Positions 12,218-24,097 are shown, counted from the first letter of the stretch. The stretch: 50,240 bases of DNA from Octopus bimaculoides (GCF_001194135.2 NC_068999.1:8975946-9026185); one strand, 5' to 3'. The notes: generated by a model not told the origin, from the sequence alone. Numbers and translations are program-made.

Positions 12218-13086
12218 NNNNNNNNNNNNNNNNNNNNNNNNNNNNNNNNNNNNNNNNNNNNNNNNNNNNNNNNNNNNNNNNNNNNNNNNNNNNNNNNNNN
12301 NNNNNNNNNNNNNNNNNNNNNNNNNNNNNNNNNNNNNNNNNNNNNNNNNNNNNNNNNNNNNNNNNNNNNNNNNNNNNNNNNNNNNNNNNNNNNNNNNNNN
12401 NNNNNNNNNNNNNNNNNNNNNNNNNNNNNNNNNNNNNNNNNNNNNNNNNNNNNNNNNNNNNNNNNNNNNNNNNNNNNNNNNNNNNNNNNNNNNNNNNNNN
12501 NNNNNNNNNNNNNNNNNNNNNNNNNNNNNNNNNNNNNNNNNNNNNNNNNNNNNNNNNNNNNNNNNNNNNNNNNNNNNNNNNNNNNNNNNNNNNNNNNNNN
12601 NNNNNNNNNNNNNNNNNNNNNNNNNNNNNNNNNNNNNNNNNNNAAACCCACAAGTAACATTCTACCGCTCCTCATGCCTATTCTGTATGGTTTGTATTTA
12701 CATGTTTCGAAACGCAACCAAATAAGCACTGCGTGTACTTTTAAAAAAAAATCCTCTTTTTTTCCCCCCTTATTGTGCCTTTCTTTTTCGTTTGTCTTTT
12801 CTTTGTTTTTTACACGTATCTCATTTCCCCCGCCTCCCGCCCGTTTTCTTCTGTGCTCGTCAAACGAAATCAGAGAAATTCATGTATCTTCAAAAAGTTA
12901 GGACACCTATAGTTTCAGGTTGCACACATATACAAACGAACGCACTCATAGGTGTATATGTATTTATATACACATATCCGCTATATATATATAACACATA
13001 CATACACATACATACATACTCATATATATATATATATATATATATACATACATATATTTACAATCTGTAATATGTATAATATATTT

Positions 13087-13190
<104 letters not shown>

Positions 13191-13347
13191 GTATATGTAT
13201 AGATATATTTACATCTGTTTTTGCCGATACGCTAATATTTTCAGTAGTAGGTACTTGTCTACTTTTGTGTTTATTCAACTATTCTTTAAATAACAAATAA
13301 AGATCCGTTCTACTTTGAACGCTATAATTTATATGAAATATACCTTA

Positions 13348-13418
13348 GAGGTGGTGCCCCAGCATCGCCATGACCTCAGGGTTGAAACATATAAAATAAT
13401 AAAAGAATAAAAGAATAC
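13348..13418 (+). mobile_element. 3' end of SINE family B
   Basis: GGTGCCCCAGCAT...GAAAC...AAAAGAATAAAAGAATA matches the reverse complement of 14001-14060. Confidence 0.65.
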
Positions 13419-13580
13419 TTTCTGTTACAGTTTACATCTAATCCGCAACCTTATTCGTTCGAGCCATAAAACCTGTAGATTTAGCACTCTTATATCTGGT
13501 TTTCGGCCTGTATTTCCTAATTTCTTGTAAGTACGTACCAACCAGATTCTGTTTGTAATTATTTGTGATTTACCGATTTA

Positions 13581-13630
13581 AGCATAAGGCCAGAAATTTT
13601 GAGAAGTAGCTTAGTCGATATCATCGACTA
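13581..13630 (-). mobile_element. Tail fragment of SINE family A, inverted relative to the adjacent copy
   Basis: Reverse complement GTCGATGATATCGACTAAG..AAAATTTCTGGCCTTATG resembles the tail at 13805-13850. Confidence 0.6.
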
Positions 13631-13650
13631 TAATATTAGGATGGTAACCA

Positions 13651-13870
13651 AGGCGGGAAGCCGGCAGAAACGTTAGCACACCGGGCGAAATGCTTAGCGG
13701 CGTTTCATTTGTCTTCACGTTCTGAGTTCAAATTTCGCCGACGTCGACTTTGCCTTTCATCCTTTCAGTGTCGATGAACTAAGTTCCAGTTTCGTGCTGG
13801 GATCAATCTTATCGACTGCCCCCCTCCCCTAAAATTTCGGGCATTGTGCCAAGCGTAGAAAAGAATATTA
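13651..13870 (+). mobile_element. Near full-length SINE family A (tRNA-like head)
   Basis: A-box-like GGCAGAAACGTTAG, B-box-like GAGTTCAAATTTC, core GTCGACTTTGCCTTTCATCC, tail CCCCTCCCCTAAAATTTCGGGCATTGTGCC..TAGAAAAGAATATT. Confidence 0.85.
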
Positions 13871-14000
13871 GTGTGGTAACGCGTAGCAAATTTAACTTCG
13901 GTAGAAATTGAGCATAGTCGGAAGACATAACACCGAGCAGTTTTTTTTTGCGACACTCTAACAATTCTGTCAACTTGCCCACGTGACTGTCATTCGATCA

Positions 14001-14471
14001 TCTTTCATTGTTCGTCTTTCATTTGTTTCCCTCATTAGACTGCAGTCATGCTGGGGCACCGCTATGAAGTTTAGTCGAGTGAATCGATCCCGGTACTTAT
14101 TTATTAAAGCCAGGTACTTATTCTATCGGAGTTATAGCTGAACCGCTAAGTTATCGGGACGTAAACACACCAACAACTGTTGTCAAGCGTTTGGGAAATG
14201 GTACAAACACAGACCCAAAGACACACACGCACACATACACACACATACACATACATACATATACTTACACATATGCACATACATATACAAACATACGTAT
14301 ATATATGTACGACGAACTTATTTCAGCTTTCGTCTACCATATCCACTCACAAAGTATTGGTCGGACTGAGGCTATAGCAGAAGTCTCTTGCCCAAGGTGC
14401 CACGCTGTGAGACTGACTCGGGAACCATGTGGTTGGGAAGCAAGCTTCTTATCACAAGCAACACTCGCGCC
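14001..14471 (-). mobile_element. Full-length SINE family B with internal (TA/TG) microsatellite
   Basis: The minus strand has a tRNA-like head (B-box-like GAGTCAGTCTC), then GGCACCTTGGGCAAG, similar to the CCTTGGGCAAGT segment of MIR/CORE-type SINEs. The internal microsatellite and 3' GGTGCCCCAGCATG..GAAAC end follow. Homologous pieces occur at 13348, 20215, 33957 and 35237. Confidence 0.85.
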
Positions 14472-14664
14472 AGATGAAGAAAAAATCATTCTAATTAGAA
14501 ACTTAATGGTGAGTGGAGAATGTAATAGTCATATCGGAAATGTGATACCGCGTATTTGCTTCTGTTAAAGACATCAGTTTTATCTATGAAGTTCACGATG
14601 CTGTAAATAATTATGTTTCCGAAATTCAATGATTATTGGACAGAGAGTAGACAGAATTTTTAGA

Positions 14665-14775
14665 CCAGCGGAAAAATACTCGGCGTTTATTGCTCCGATC
14701 ATTCAAATTCGATTTTCAAGTACCGCTGAGGTTAATATTGCCTTTTAATATTCGGGGGTCGATAAAATAAAGTAG
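14665..14775 (+). mobile_element. Old, diverged SINE family A fragment
   Basis: TTCAAATTC..CCGCTGAGGTTAATATTGCCTTT..TTCGGGGGTCGATAAAATAA. Confidence 0.5.
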
Positions 14776-15102
14776 AAGTAATGTCGTTAAGCTTAAATTA
14801 CAATATATTATTCTTAGGACAATTAATTGTCCTTAAGCCTGGATTACAATTCATTATTGTGGATGTTGTTAGGACACTAGTTTTATGGAATCGTTTGATT
14901 GTTGGAATTTTGAGATCAAATCCCGCTGTGTTTGTAAAATAAAGTATTAATCAAGTACAATAATCCGTATTTCAAATACGCTTTTGTACCATGTTTAAAT
15001 TATAATATTTACAGTATGAGAGGTGCTGTATAACACAAATACGAAAGCAACCTACGTGGGTTAGTATGCGATCATTGAATGAATGAATAAATGGAATGGA
15101 AG

Positions 15103-15402
15103 AAGCAGTTAAGCACTGCATATGTTTCAAAACTGCATCGGATTTAACATATATATGATAACATTAAAGCTATTGCATAATTTTACCATACATCTTCTCT
15201 ACAAGTGAGACTACTTTGTGTTGCGAAATCATGTAATTGTGAATCGTAGGAAAAAATTAGATTAAAAATAATTTCGTAAAAATAATTTCGACAAAATGGT
15301 CACTCTTAAAGATAGCTGATATGGTAAAATTATATAACATATTTAATGTACTATAATACAGATTCTAAAAATTTCTGTATGAAATGTAGTGCTTAATTGC
15401 TA
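15103..15402. mobile_element. Decayed inverted-repeat (MITE-like) element; arms about 15103-15190 and 15320-15402
   Basis: TTAAGCACTGCAT/ATGTAGTGCTTAA and ACATTAAA..ATAATTTTACCATA/TATGGTAAAATTAT..TTTAATGT are collinear inverted matches. Confidence 0.5.
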
Positions 15403-16695
15403 TATTCACTCAGCGTAGTATATACATACATACATACATACATACATACATACGTATAAATATATATATACACATACAGCCTTTATTTAAGTTTTACCTT
15501 AGCATAATAAGATTGCAAATTTGATATATATGTATGTATGTATATATATATATATATNNNNNNNNNNNNNNNNNNNNNNNNNNNNNNNNNNNNNNNNNNN
15601 NNNNNNNNNNNNNNNNNNNNNNNNNNNNNNNNNNNNNNNNNNNNNNNNNNNNNNNNNNNNNNNNNNNNNNNNNNNNNNNNNNNNNNNNNNNNNATGTATT
15701 TATATATATAATCACTATAAACCATGAAACTTTAACATGTTCAAATGAGAATAAAGGATAAGTCATAAAAAGTGCCACTTCTTCCATTTCTTTCAACTCA
15801 ATATTGAAATTATTTTCATTTCATAAAATAATCTTGTCCTCGAATTCAGCTTTGCTAACCTTTGAGTGTAGCGATATTATTCCCTTCTCTGACTGTAAAA
15901 GCTGTAATAGGGAAAGGAATTATCGTGTACTGTTTCCAGTATATTTCTCATTAACATTGATACATCAGACGTTCAAGCTACGAAATTCCTTGTATTATTG
16001 TCTTTTGTGTTAGTGCTAATTATTCAAACGCCACTCCAGGAAGAATGGAACACATCAATTGATTTCATATATAACTAGGTGATCTAAAACTGATCAGATT
16101 CGAAATAGAAACAATATGATGAAACCAAACAGAAGACGAAACTTCTGTCCATGGTTATGCATAAACTCTGAAAGAAATATCTTTACTGCTTGGGAGGCGA
16201 GGGTTAACATTTACTTTGTATGTGAATTCAGTTTTCAATTTATTTTTGTTCGTTGAAGATATTCTCCCATTTTCATTCAGATTTAATATCAAATGTTGCT
16301 AGGCATTTGTATTACTTCTCTGGCCGTCAGGAAAATTTGAATAAAAGCAAAATTTATCGCGTACGGCATCCATTACATTCACTTCGCTTTGTTATCCAAA
16401 TTGATGCCACTGGCCAATTTTGAGCTATTTTCTTTTAGATCCGCTTAGTTACACTCACAAACACATAGACACAAAAACATGCCCACGCATATACACGTAC
16501 AGTGCATGAACTAGATTAATGTACACACACACACCTATATATATGCATATGCATATACTTATGTACGTACACATATGTATGTATTTATGTACGTATGTAT
16601 GTATGTGTGTAAAAATGTTTGAATATATACACTTATGCCTACTCATATTTGATATACAATAATCTATACATACATATGTTAATGTCAATATGTAC

Positions 16696-16726
<31 letters not shown>

Positions 16727-16847
16727 AATGTATATAAATGTATATACATATACATACACATATATACATATACATATGCATACATATATACATATGTATG
16801 TATTTATATATATTATGCATATACATGAATATATGTACATATGTACG

Positions 16848-16879
<32 letters not shown>

Positions 16880-17029
16880 NNNNNNNNNNACGTATATACA
16901 TACATACATATATGTGTGTGTGTGTGTGTATGTGTGAGTGCGTGTGTGCACGCCAGAACATGCACACTCATACACAAACGCCTATACACTTACAAGTAGT
17001 CGTAGACAGTGAAAAAATAATAGAACAGG

Positions 17030-17091
<62 letters not shown>
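17030..17091. repeat. (TAC)n microsatellite
   Basis: Seen directly. Confidence 0.95.
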
Positions 17092-17092
<1 letters not shown>

Positions 17093-17318
17093 AACCAACC
17101 GACAACAATCAGTGCACTCATAACTCCGTCTCACAAAATATTTAAAATTTATTCATTGGTTTTTACTATGCGGGGCTTTCGCTGTATATAAATATATTTT
17201 ATCTCATGGAACTGATTATATCCTTCGTAACATGGTATTAGGAATAATTTCAATTTTACGTCACTTCTTATATCTATTTATTATTATTATCATCATCATC
17301 ATCATCATGAACATCATC

Positions 17319-17354
<36 letters not shown>

Positions 17355-17472
17355 TAGTCGTAATTTTTTTATATATCTCTTTTCTTTCTCCCATTGTGGT
17401 GCCAGTAAAGCTGGCTATGAAAAATGAATTTATTTTCATGCCATTGTATTCTATATACGATGAAAATATTCC

Positions 17473-17501
17473 TTGGCGCCATTAGCCAATTTCCCGCCAA
17501 A
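17473..17501. promoter_or_regulatory. E2F-CCAAT-E2F motif cluster (candidate)
   Basis: TTGGCGCCA (17473-17481), CCAAT (17486-17490), TTTCCCGCCAAA (17490-17501). Motif match only. Confidence 0.3.
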
Positions 17502-17705
17502 GAAACGGCTCCATCTCAAATAATTACTTAATGGCAATGCGTAATAAAATAGAGAGGTTTACGGTGTTTAAATTTCCTAATTCTAATGGTTCACTGAAGC
17601 GTGGTATATTCAACATAATTAAAAGAAATGGGATAAGAAATTGCAATGAAATAGTTCAGAAAATTAATTGATTTTTCCCTTTCCCTCTCTCACTCTGTCT
17701 CTCTG

Positions 17706-17754
<49 letters not shown>

Positions 17755-17909
17755 TCCTATAAGTTCATTCTGATATAATACCGAAAATATCGGTTTCAGA
17801 TTATTACTGATAAGAAATATGGCCGACATATTGGAAATGATAACCGCAAAAGGTTTTCAATCTGAAAGCAAGTTTCTTCTTTCATTCTTTCATTTCATGT
17901 TTCCAGAAC

Positions 17910-17910
17910 A

Positions 17911-17972
<62 letters not shown>

Positions 17973-18035
17973 GTAGTAGTAGTAGTAGTATTATTATTGT
18001 TGTTGTTGTTATTATTATTGTTGTTATTATTATCA
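17910..18035. repeat. (TAC)n-(TAG)n-(TTG/TTA)n compound microsatellite
   Basis: Seen directly. Confidence 0.9.
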
Positions 18036-18039
18036 TTAG

Positions 18040-18820
18040 GTGGGATTGACTGATGAAAGGAACACTATAGTGACAGTGCAGGACCAAGCTCAGGCCACAA
18101 ACTGGAGGGTCAACCTGTGGAATGAGCATGACTCTCCGCTGTGCCACACCTGCTACAGTGTGGATGAAACCATTGCCCGTATCCCGAACGAATACCCTAG
18201 ACTTGCCCAAAACCACTACAAGTTGTGGCGACACCACCAGGTGGAAAAAGTACTTCATTAGAAACTATGTGAAAAGTGGGAGTTAGAGACAGGCAAGGCG
18301 TGGTATGAGCATAAGCCGCAGAGGGGGGAGGAGGAGGAGGCTAGCAAAATCGTCTGGGATTTTCCAATCGAAACAGATTACGTGCCAGAGCATAATAGAC
18401 CGGACCGAGAGGGGGGGACATGGTGCACCACATGTGCTATATAATTGACGTTGCATACCCCTTTGACCCACAACTAGTCAAGAAGGAAGGCGAAAAGATA
18501 GATACGACCCTCTTAAGTACGAAATAGCCCGGTTATAGAAAATGAAGAAGGTGAAGATAGTGCCAATCATTGTTGGGTCTTTGGGAACAGTTTCAGAAGG
18601 CATTAAGAGGAATATAAAGGAAATTGGAATAGAGTGCCCAGTAGAACTGTTACAAAAGGTTTGCTTCCTTGGCAGGGCCAGAATAATCAGGAAAGTATTA
18701 AATAGCTGAAAATAATGGATAGCATGGTACCGTAAGTTGCAGGTAGTAATTACGTAATGCATGCAAGACTCCAGGAGCTCCAGCAAAATCCGTGATAAAA
18801 AGATAATAAAAATAATAATA
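18040..18820 (+). mobile_element. 5'-truncated, decayed non-LTR retrotransposon with restriction-like endonuclease (R4/Dong-type C-terminus); ORF ends at TGA 18707-18709; (TAA)-rich tail
   Basis: My translation across stops and frameshifts: PLCHTCYSVDETIARIPNEYPRLAQNHYKLWRHHQVEKVLH*KLCEKWELETGKAWYEHKP..KIVWDFPIETDYVPEHNRPD..CYIIDVAYPFD..VKKEGEKI..KYEIARL*KMKKVKIVPIIVGSLGTVSEGIKRNIKEIGIECPVELLQKVCFLGRARIIRKVLNS*. This gives a degenerate CCHC knuckle plus a PD..D..K endonuclease motif. Confidence 0.88.
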
Positions 18821-19819
18821 AAATCATTTTCATTATATATCCAGCAGTTGTTGTGGGTTTTTTTTTTGTTCTTGTTGTTGTTCAGGTTCTTGTCGTTTCA
18901 TGTCAAAGTTCCAATTGCTGAGAGCCCCGTTTAGAATGCATTTTCTGTGAGAATCACCACACAAAAGATCGTTGCTTCACCCTTTTCAAAAGCAAAGTAC
19001 AATTTTGTACATCCATCCCCGTTACCCTGGGGTAGAAATCAATGTTTGTTCTTAAGCGTAAACATATTCTTGCAAACAGCGATTTTGTTTTGTTTATTTG
19101 TGGGTCAATAAGACCACCAATAATAAAGTGGGACAATCGATATCCAAGCTAAAACTGTTTTAAAAGGATATTTAAATATTATAAAAATTGGATTTTTCAA
19201 AAATGATTTTAAATGATTTTTTTAAGATAATAGATTTGAATATAAGCTTTTGAAAAGAAAACAATAGAAGAAATGAAAATTAAATTATTGTAGTCAGTTA
19301 TAAAAGCGAACAGTTACAACTTGTATGATAATACGCAATCATCAATGTTGATAAAGCATAAACACGAACAACAGCAGTAACAACTTTGCAAACTTAGTAG
19401 GTCACAATAAGCTTCTGTGCATGTTTCAGCTCAAGATAAATGAAAGTACATGGACACGATGCATAACAAAGGACAATGCATCTTTGCTCGACGTATTTAT
19501 CATAGTAAATATATTGCTATATGCTTTCCAACGACGAATAAGAGAAGGCTCTAGCTGGCGTATCGTAATTCATGGAACTAGCGAGATTCAAGTGAGGAGG
19601 TATAAAGAGATTGAACAACGTGCATCTAAATTCAGATTACAGGATCATGGCATGTGACGAAGGAAGAAAAGTAAGTTATAAAACACAGCTGTATGTAGAG
19701 TGATGCACGGCTCATCAATGCTGGACAACAATATAGTCACACAATGTATAAGGCATTGACCCACAACATTTCGTCATGTGAGGACTACTTCTATACATGC
19801 ATATATGCATACATATATC

Positions 19820-19940
19820 TATCCATCCGTCCATCCATCCATCCGTCCATCCATCCATCCATCCATCCATCCATCCATCCATCCATCCATCCATCCATAC
19901 ATACATGCATACATACATACATACATACATACATACATAC
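19820..19940. repeat. (ATCC)n-(ATAC)n microsatellite
   Basis: Seen directly. Confidence 0.93.
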
Positions 19941-20093
19941 AAACATCAACCTAACCATACATATTTATAAATGCATCCATCCATACGTGCATATACAGAC
20001 ATATACTGCTTGCATACAGACGTTCATTTGTCTTAAATACTGGTATGTTTTGGACTGTACTTAAATAATTGTTATTCAATATTCTCATACTAA

Positions 20094-20211
20094 GACGGCG
20101 AGCTGGCAGAAACGTTAGCACGCCGGGCAAAATGCTTAGCGGTATTTCGTCTGTCTTTACGTTCTGAGTTCAAATTCAGCCGAGGTCGACTTTGACTTTC
20201 ATCTTTTCGGA
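20094..20211 (+). mobile_element. 5' half of SINE family A
   Basis: GACGGCGAGCTGGCAGAAACGTTAGCACGCCGGGC...GTTCTGAGTTCAAATTC..GAGGTCGACTTTG. Confidence 0.88.
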
Positions 20212-20214
20212 GAG

Positions 20215-20419
20215 TAATTAGACCACGGCTATGCTGGTGCACCTCCTTCAAGTATTTTATTTGAACAAATCGACTCAGTATTTTGTTTATTTTCAGCTTC
20301 ATGTTTATTCTCTCAGTCTCCTTTGATAAAGCAATAAGTTACGATTACCTAAATACACCAACAATGGTTGTAAAGTGGTGGTCGTAGTGGACAAACACAG
20401 ATACAAACACACAAGTTCA

Positions 20420-20457
<38 letters not shown>

Positions 20458-20700
20458 AAGAGAGAGAGTGGGAGAGAGAGATGTAGATAGATAAAAAGAT
20501 AGATATTGCTCATTCTACCAGTTTCTTTTGATGAATTAATTAGTTGCAGGAACGTAAACACATCAACACCGGTTGTCAAGTGGTGGTGCTATAGCCCGAT
20601 GCCTAATATAGAAAAGCGGTTGCTCAATGTGGCACGCAATGGAACTGAACCAGAAACCATATGATTGAGAAGTAAGATTATTACCGCAGCACTGCCTCGC
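20215..20700 (-). mobile_element. Fragmented, partly duplicated SINE family B
   Basis: ATGCTGGTGCACC, AAACACATCAACACCGGTTGTCAAG and head GGAACTGAACCAGAAACCATATG match 14001-14471. Confidence 0.65.
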
Positions 20701-21039
20701 TAGTGCCTATAACTGTTCTTATTTATTTTGTAATTTTGTGCGTATTCCGTGTCACCTATTTATCAGTTCACGAAACCGATCTCCTTCTTTCACGAATGAT
20801 AACGAAAACGAAACAGTAGAATTGTATACAAAGCCATTTATTCTAAATGATTAACAACGATATAACAATTCAACATTAACACTCCTGGATACTTAAAGTT
20901 TAACCGATGGAAATTTATCTTCCAGAGACACTGAAGATAGGGAACGAACGAATAACAACAGCAACAACAACAACAACAAAAATATTCCAACTAAAATGTT
21001 CCAGTGTTTTTATCCTTCGAGTATATCCTAATTCTGTCC

Positions 21040-21074
<35 letters not shown>

Positions 21075-21132
21075 TCAGCATTACCCAGAATTCAATCATT
21101 TATTAATTTATTCATTCATTCAACCCAACTAC

Positions 21133-21198
<66 letters not shown>

Positions 21199-21288
21199 AT
21201 ATATATATATATATGCAAATATAGATGTGCACACAGGAAAACAGAAGCACACCTACATTCAATAGTGTATTCGCCTAAATATACACGC

Positions 21289-21336
21289 GCACATCTGACG
21301 AAAGCATTTCCGCTGAAACCCTCAAATGTTAAGTGT
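21289..21336 (+). ncRNA. Type I hammerhead-like motif with intact catalytic core but weak stems
   Basis: GCACAT-CTGACGA-A-AGC(ATTTCC)GCT-GAAA-C(CCTCAAAT)GT-T^AAGTGT. Stem I has 5 of 6 pairs (one G.U), stem II has 3 bp, stem III has only 2 bp. Confidence 0.5.
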
Positions 21337-21579
21337 CTGCAGGTGTGTATACACATTTGAAATGGAAGATGAGAGAAGTATATAAGTGGCAAGTAGTAAG
21401 TAAGCAGGTAGAGGTGGTAGCAATGAGTGGTTGTGGTGGTGGTGGTTGCGGTGAGAGTACTTCGCCACATAGCGCTCATAAAGTACAAGGGCAACAACCA
21501 CAAGAGCAACAACAACAGCAACAATGACAATGATAGCTTTAATGTATGCAATACGATAAGTAAGTATATATGTATATAC

Positions 21580-21612
<33 letters not shown>

Positions 21613-22305
21613 CATATATACATATATATACACATATATATAATGTATATGATATGTATTACGTATATATATATATATATATACATACATAAATGCATAC
21701 ATGCATACATATATATATNNNNNNNNNNNNNNNNNNNNNNNNNNNNNNNNNNNNNNNNNNNNNNNNNNNNNNNNNNNNNNNNNNNNNNNNNNNNNNNNNN
21801 NNNNNNNNNNNNNNNNNNNNNNNNNNNNNNNNNNNNNNNNNNNNNNNNNNNNNNNNNNNNNNNNNNNNNNNNNNNNNNNNNNNNNNNNNNNNNNNNNNNN
21901 NNNNNNNNNNNNNNNNNNNNNNNNNNNNNNNNNNNNNNNNNNNNNNNNNNNNNNNNNNNNNNNNNNNNNNNNNNNNNNNNNNNNNNNNNNNNNNNNNNNN
22001 NNNNNNNNNNNNNNNNNNNNNNNNNNNNNNNNNNNNNNNNNNNNNNNNNNNNNNNNNNNNNNNNNNNNNNNNNNNNNNNNNNNNNNNNNNNNNNNNNNNN
22101 NNNNNNNNNNNNNNNNNNNNNNNNNNNNNNNNNNNNNNNNNNNNNNNNNNNNNNNNNNNNNNNNNNNNNNNNNNNNNNNNNNNNNNNNNNNNNNNNNNNN
22201 NNNNNNNNNNNNNNNNNNNNNNNNNNNNNNNNNNNNNNNNNNNNNNNNNNNNNNNNNNNNNNNNNNNNNNNNNNNNNNNNNNNNNNNNNNNNNNNNNNNN
22301 NNNNN

Positions 22306-22349
<44 letters not shown>

Positions 22350-22363
22350 AATTACAAAATCGA

Positions 22364-22515
22364 ACAAGAACGCAAAACAACCAGACAGATAGGTGACACA
22401 AGAAAGGGACTGCAAAACATCCAGATAGTCGATACAAAGGAAACAAGGACGCTTCTGGATGTTTTGTTGTCCCTTTCTTGTATCACCTAACTGTCTGGAT
22501 GTTTTGCGGTCTTGT
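22364..22515. repeat. Fold-back 1: 62-bp inverted arms (22364-22425 / 22454-22515), 28-nt loop, 6 mismatches
   Basis: Arms aligned by hand. Confidence 0.95.
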
Positions 22516-22812
22516 AGCCCCAGGAAGACATCTCTTCCAGCTGGCTATTGACATACATTCTGTGCCCTATCAGTATTTGCAAAGGGATGTTATCATTCCC
22601 ATCTCTACCCCGACGTGATACACACGGACCCGAGCTTCTGAGTATTGACCCGTCATCAGCGGGAGACAACCACCGGTTGGCAATGGGAGGTGATTCTCAA
22701 TGCAAATATATATACTTTTTCAAGTGAGGAACGTCACTGGTCTTGCAAATACTGATAGGGCACAGATAGTGTGTCAATAGCCTGTTGGTGGAGATATCTT
22801 CCTGGGGCTACA
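22513..22812. repeat. Fold-back 2: ~70-bp inverted arms (22513-22582 / 22743-22812), 160-nt spacer; left arm plus spacer homologous to 41650-41800
   Basis: TGTAGCCCCAGGAAGA...CTGTGCCCTATCAGTATTTGCAA versus TTGCAAATACTGATAGGGCACAG...TCTTCCTGGGGCTACA. Confidence 0.92.
22623..22663 (-). ncRNA. Degenerate type I hammerhead-like motif
   Basis: Minus strand CCCG-CTGATGA-CGGGT(CAAT)ACTCA-GAAG-C(TCGG)GT-C^CGTG; homologous to 41755-41797. Confidence 0.5.
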
Positions 22813-23246
22813 TGTTACAGTAGCATCAAGGGTTAACCACATTTAGGTAGCAAATATACTTCACGATGTCGTGCAGCTACTGTTTATAACTCGCTCAGAG
22901 ATTTATTATTGCATATATATATATATATATATATCCGAATATATTTACGTACACACACAGGCGTGCACACACATATAGACACGCGGGCATGCTTTTGCGT
23001 ACAGGGAAGTCGGCAAAACTGTTCCATTTAGAACTTATTTGAGGTGTGGAAATTATGTATGCGATTGAGAGAGTATGTGTGTGAGTATATGTGTGTGTGT
23101 GTGTGTGTTTGTGCGTACAATTATATAGTATGTATCAATATATATGTATATAAATATGTATGCATATATAAATATGAATATATATATGTCTGTGTGTGTG
23201 TGTTTATATATATATATATATATATATACAGAGAGAGAGAGAGAGG

Positions 23247-23278
<32 letters not shown>

Positions 23279-23289
23279 ANNNNNNNNNN

Positions 23290-23349
<60 letters not shown>

Positions 23350-23745
23350 TGAGACTTTTGCAAGCAATAAGTTAATGCCAAACGTTAAAGCTTCAATGAT
23401 AATTACGTCGCCAGGTGAGATGTGACGAGTTCTAAAAAGCCACTCAAGCAAAACATATAAGGAAAGACAAAGGAAACGAAGCAGAAAAGAAACTAAGAGA
23501 GAGGACAAAAGTTAGAAGAAAAAATGAGTTTTACTCTCTGTTGTCCATATTGTCCTTCCCTGGCTGATATATTATTTCTTCGTTCTTGGTCAGCATATTA
23601 CCGCTTTTCGATAAATGATTGGACCGTTCGAAAAGTATTGTCTCTCGCGATCAATGCATCCTCTATCTGTACCTCCATTATCCTCATCTTTCCTTCTCTC
23701 TGTTTTTTTTGTCTGTCTATCTGTCTGTCTGTCTGTCTGTCTGTG

Positions 23746-23804
<59 letters not shown>

Positions 23805-23929
23805 CTCTGTATATACATGCATCAGACACACATACACACTTCATCATCATAATCATCATCATCAACCTTCTCCAAGTCCTCTTCTTCGTCCCCCTCCTCC
23901 ACGCCCCATTCTTTTTGTTGTTGTTGTTG

Positions 23930-24085
23930 TTGTTGCTCTTATTATTGTTCTTGTTCTTCTTCGTCTGCTTCTTCTTCTTCTTCTTCTTCTTCTTCTTCTT
24001 CTTCTTCTTCTTCTTCTTCTTCTTCTTCTTCTTCTTCCTCCTTCTTCTTCTTCTTCTTCTTCTTCTTCTTCTTCTTCTTCCTTCT
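23930..24085. repeat. (TTG)n/(CTT)n microsatellite
   Basis: Seen directly. Confidence 0.93.
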
Positions 24086-24097
24086 CCCCTCCTCCTT

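Noticed and set aside
22513-22812. Fold-back 2 as a classical MITE with TG...CA termini
   Set aside because: No TSD, and the homologue at 41610-41815 lacks the inversion; kept as a PLE-type inversion instead.
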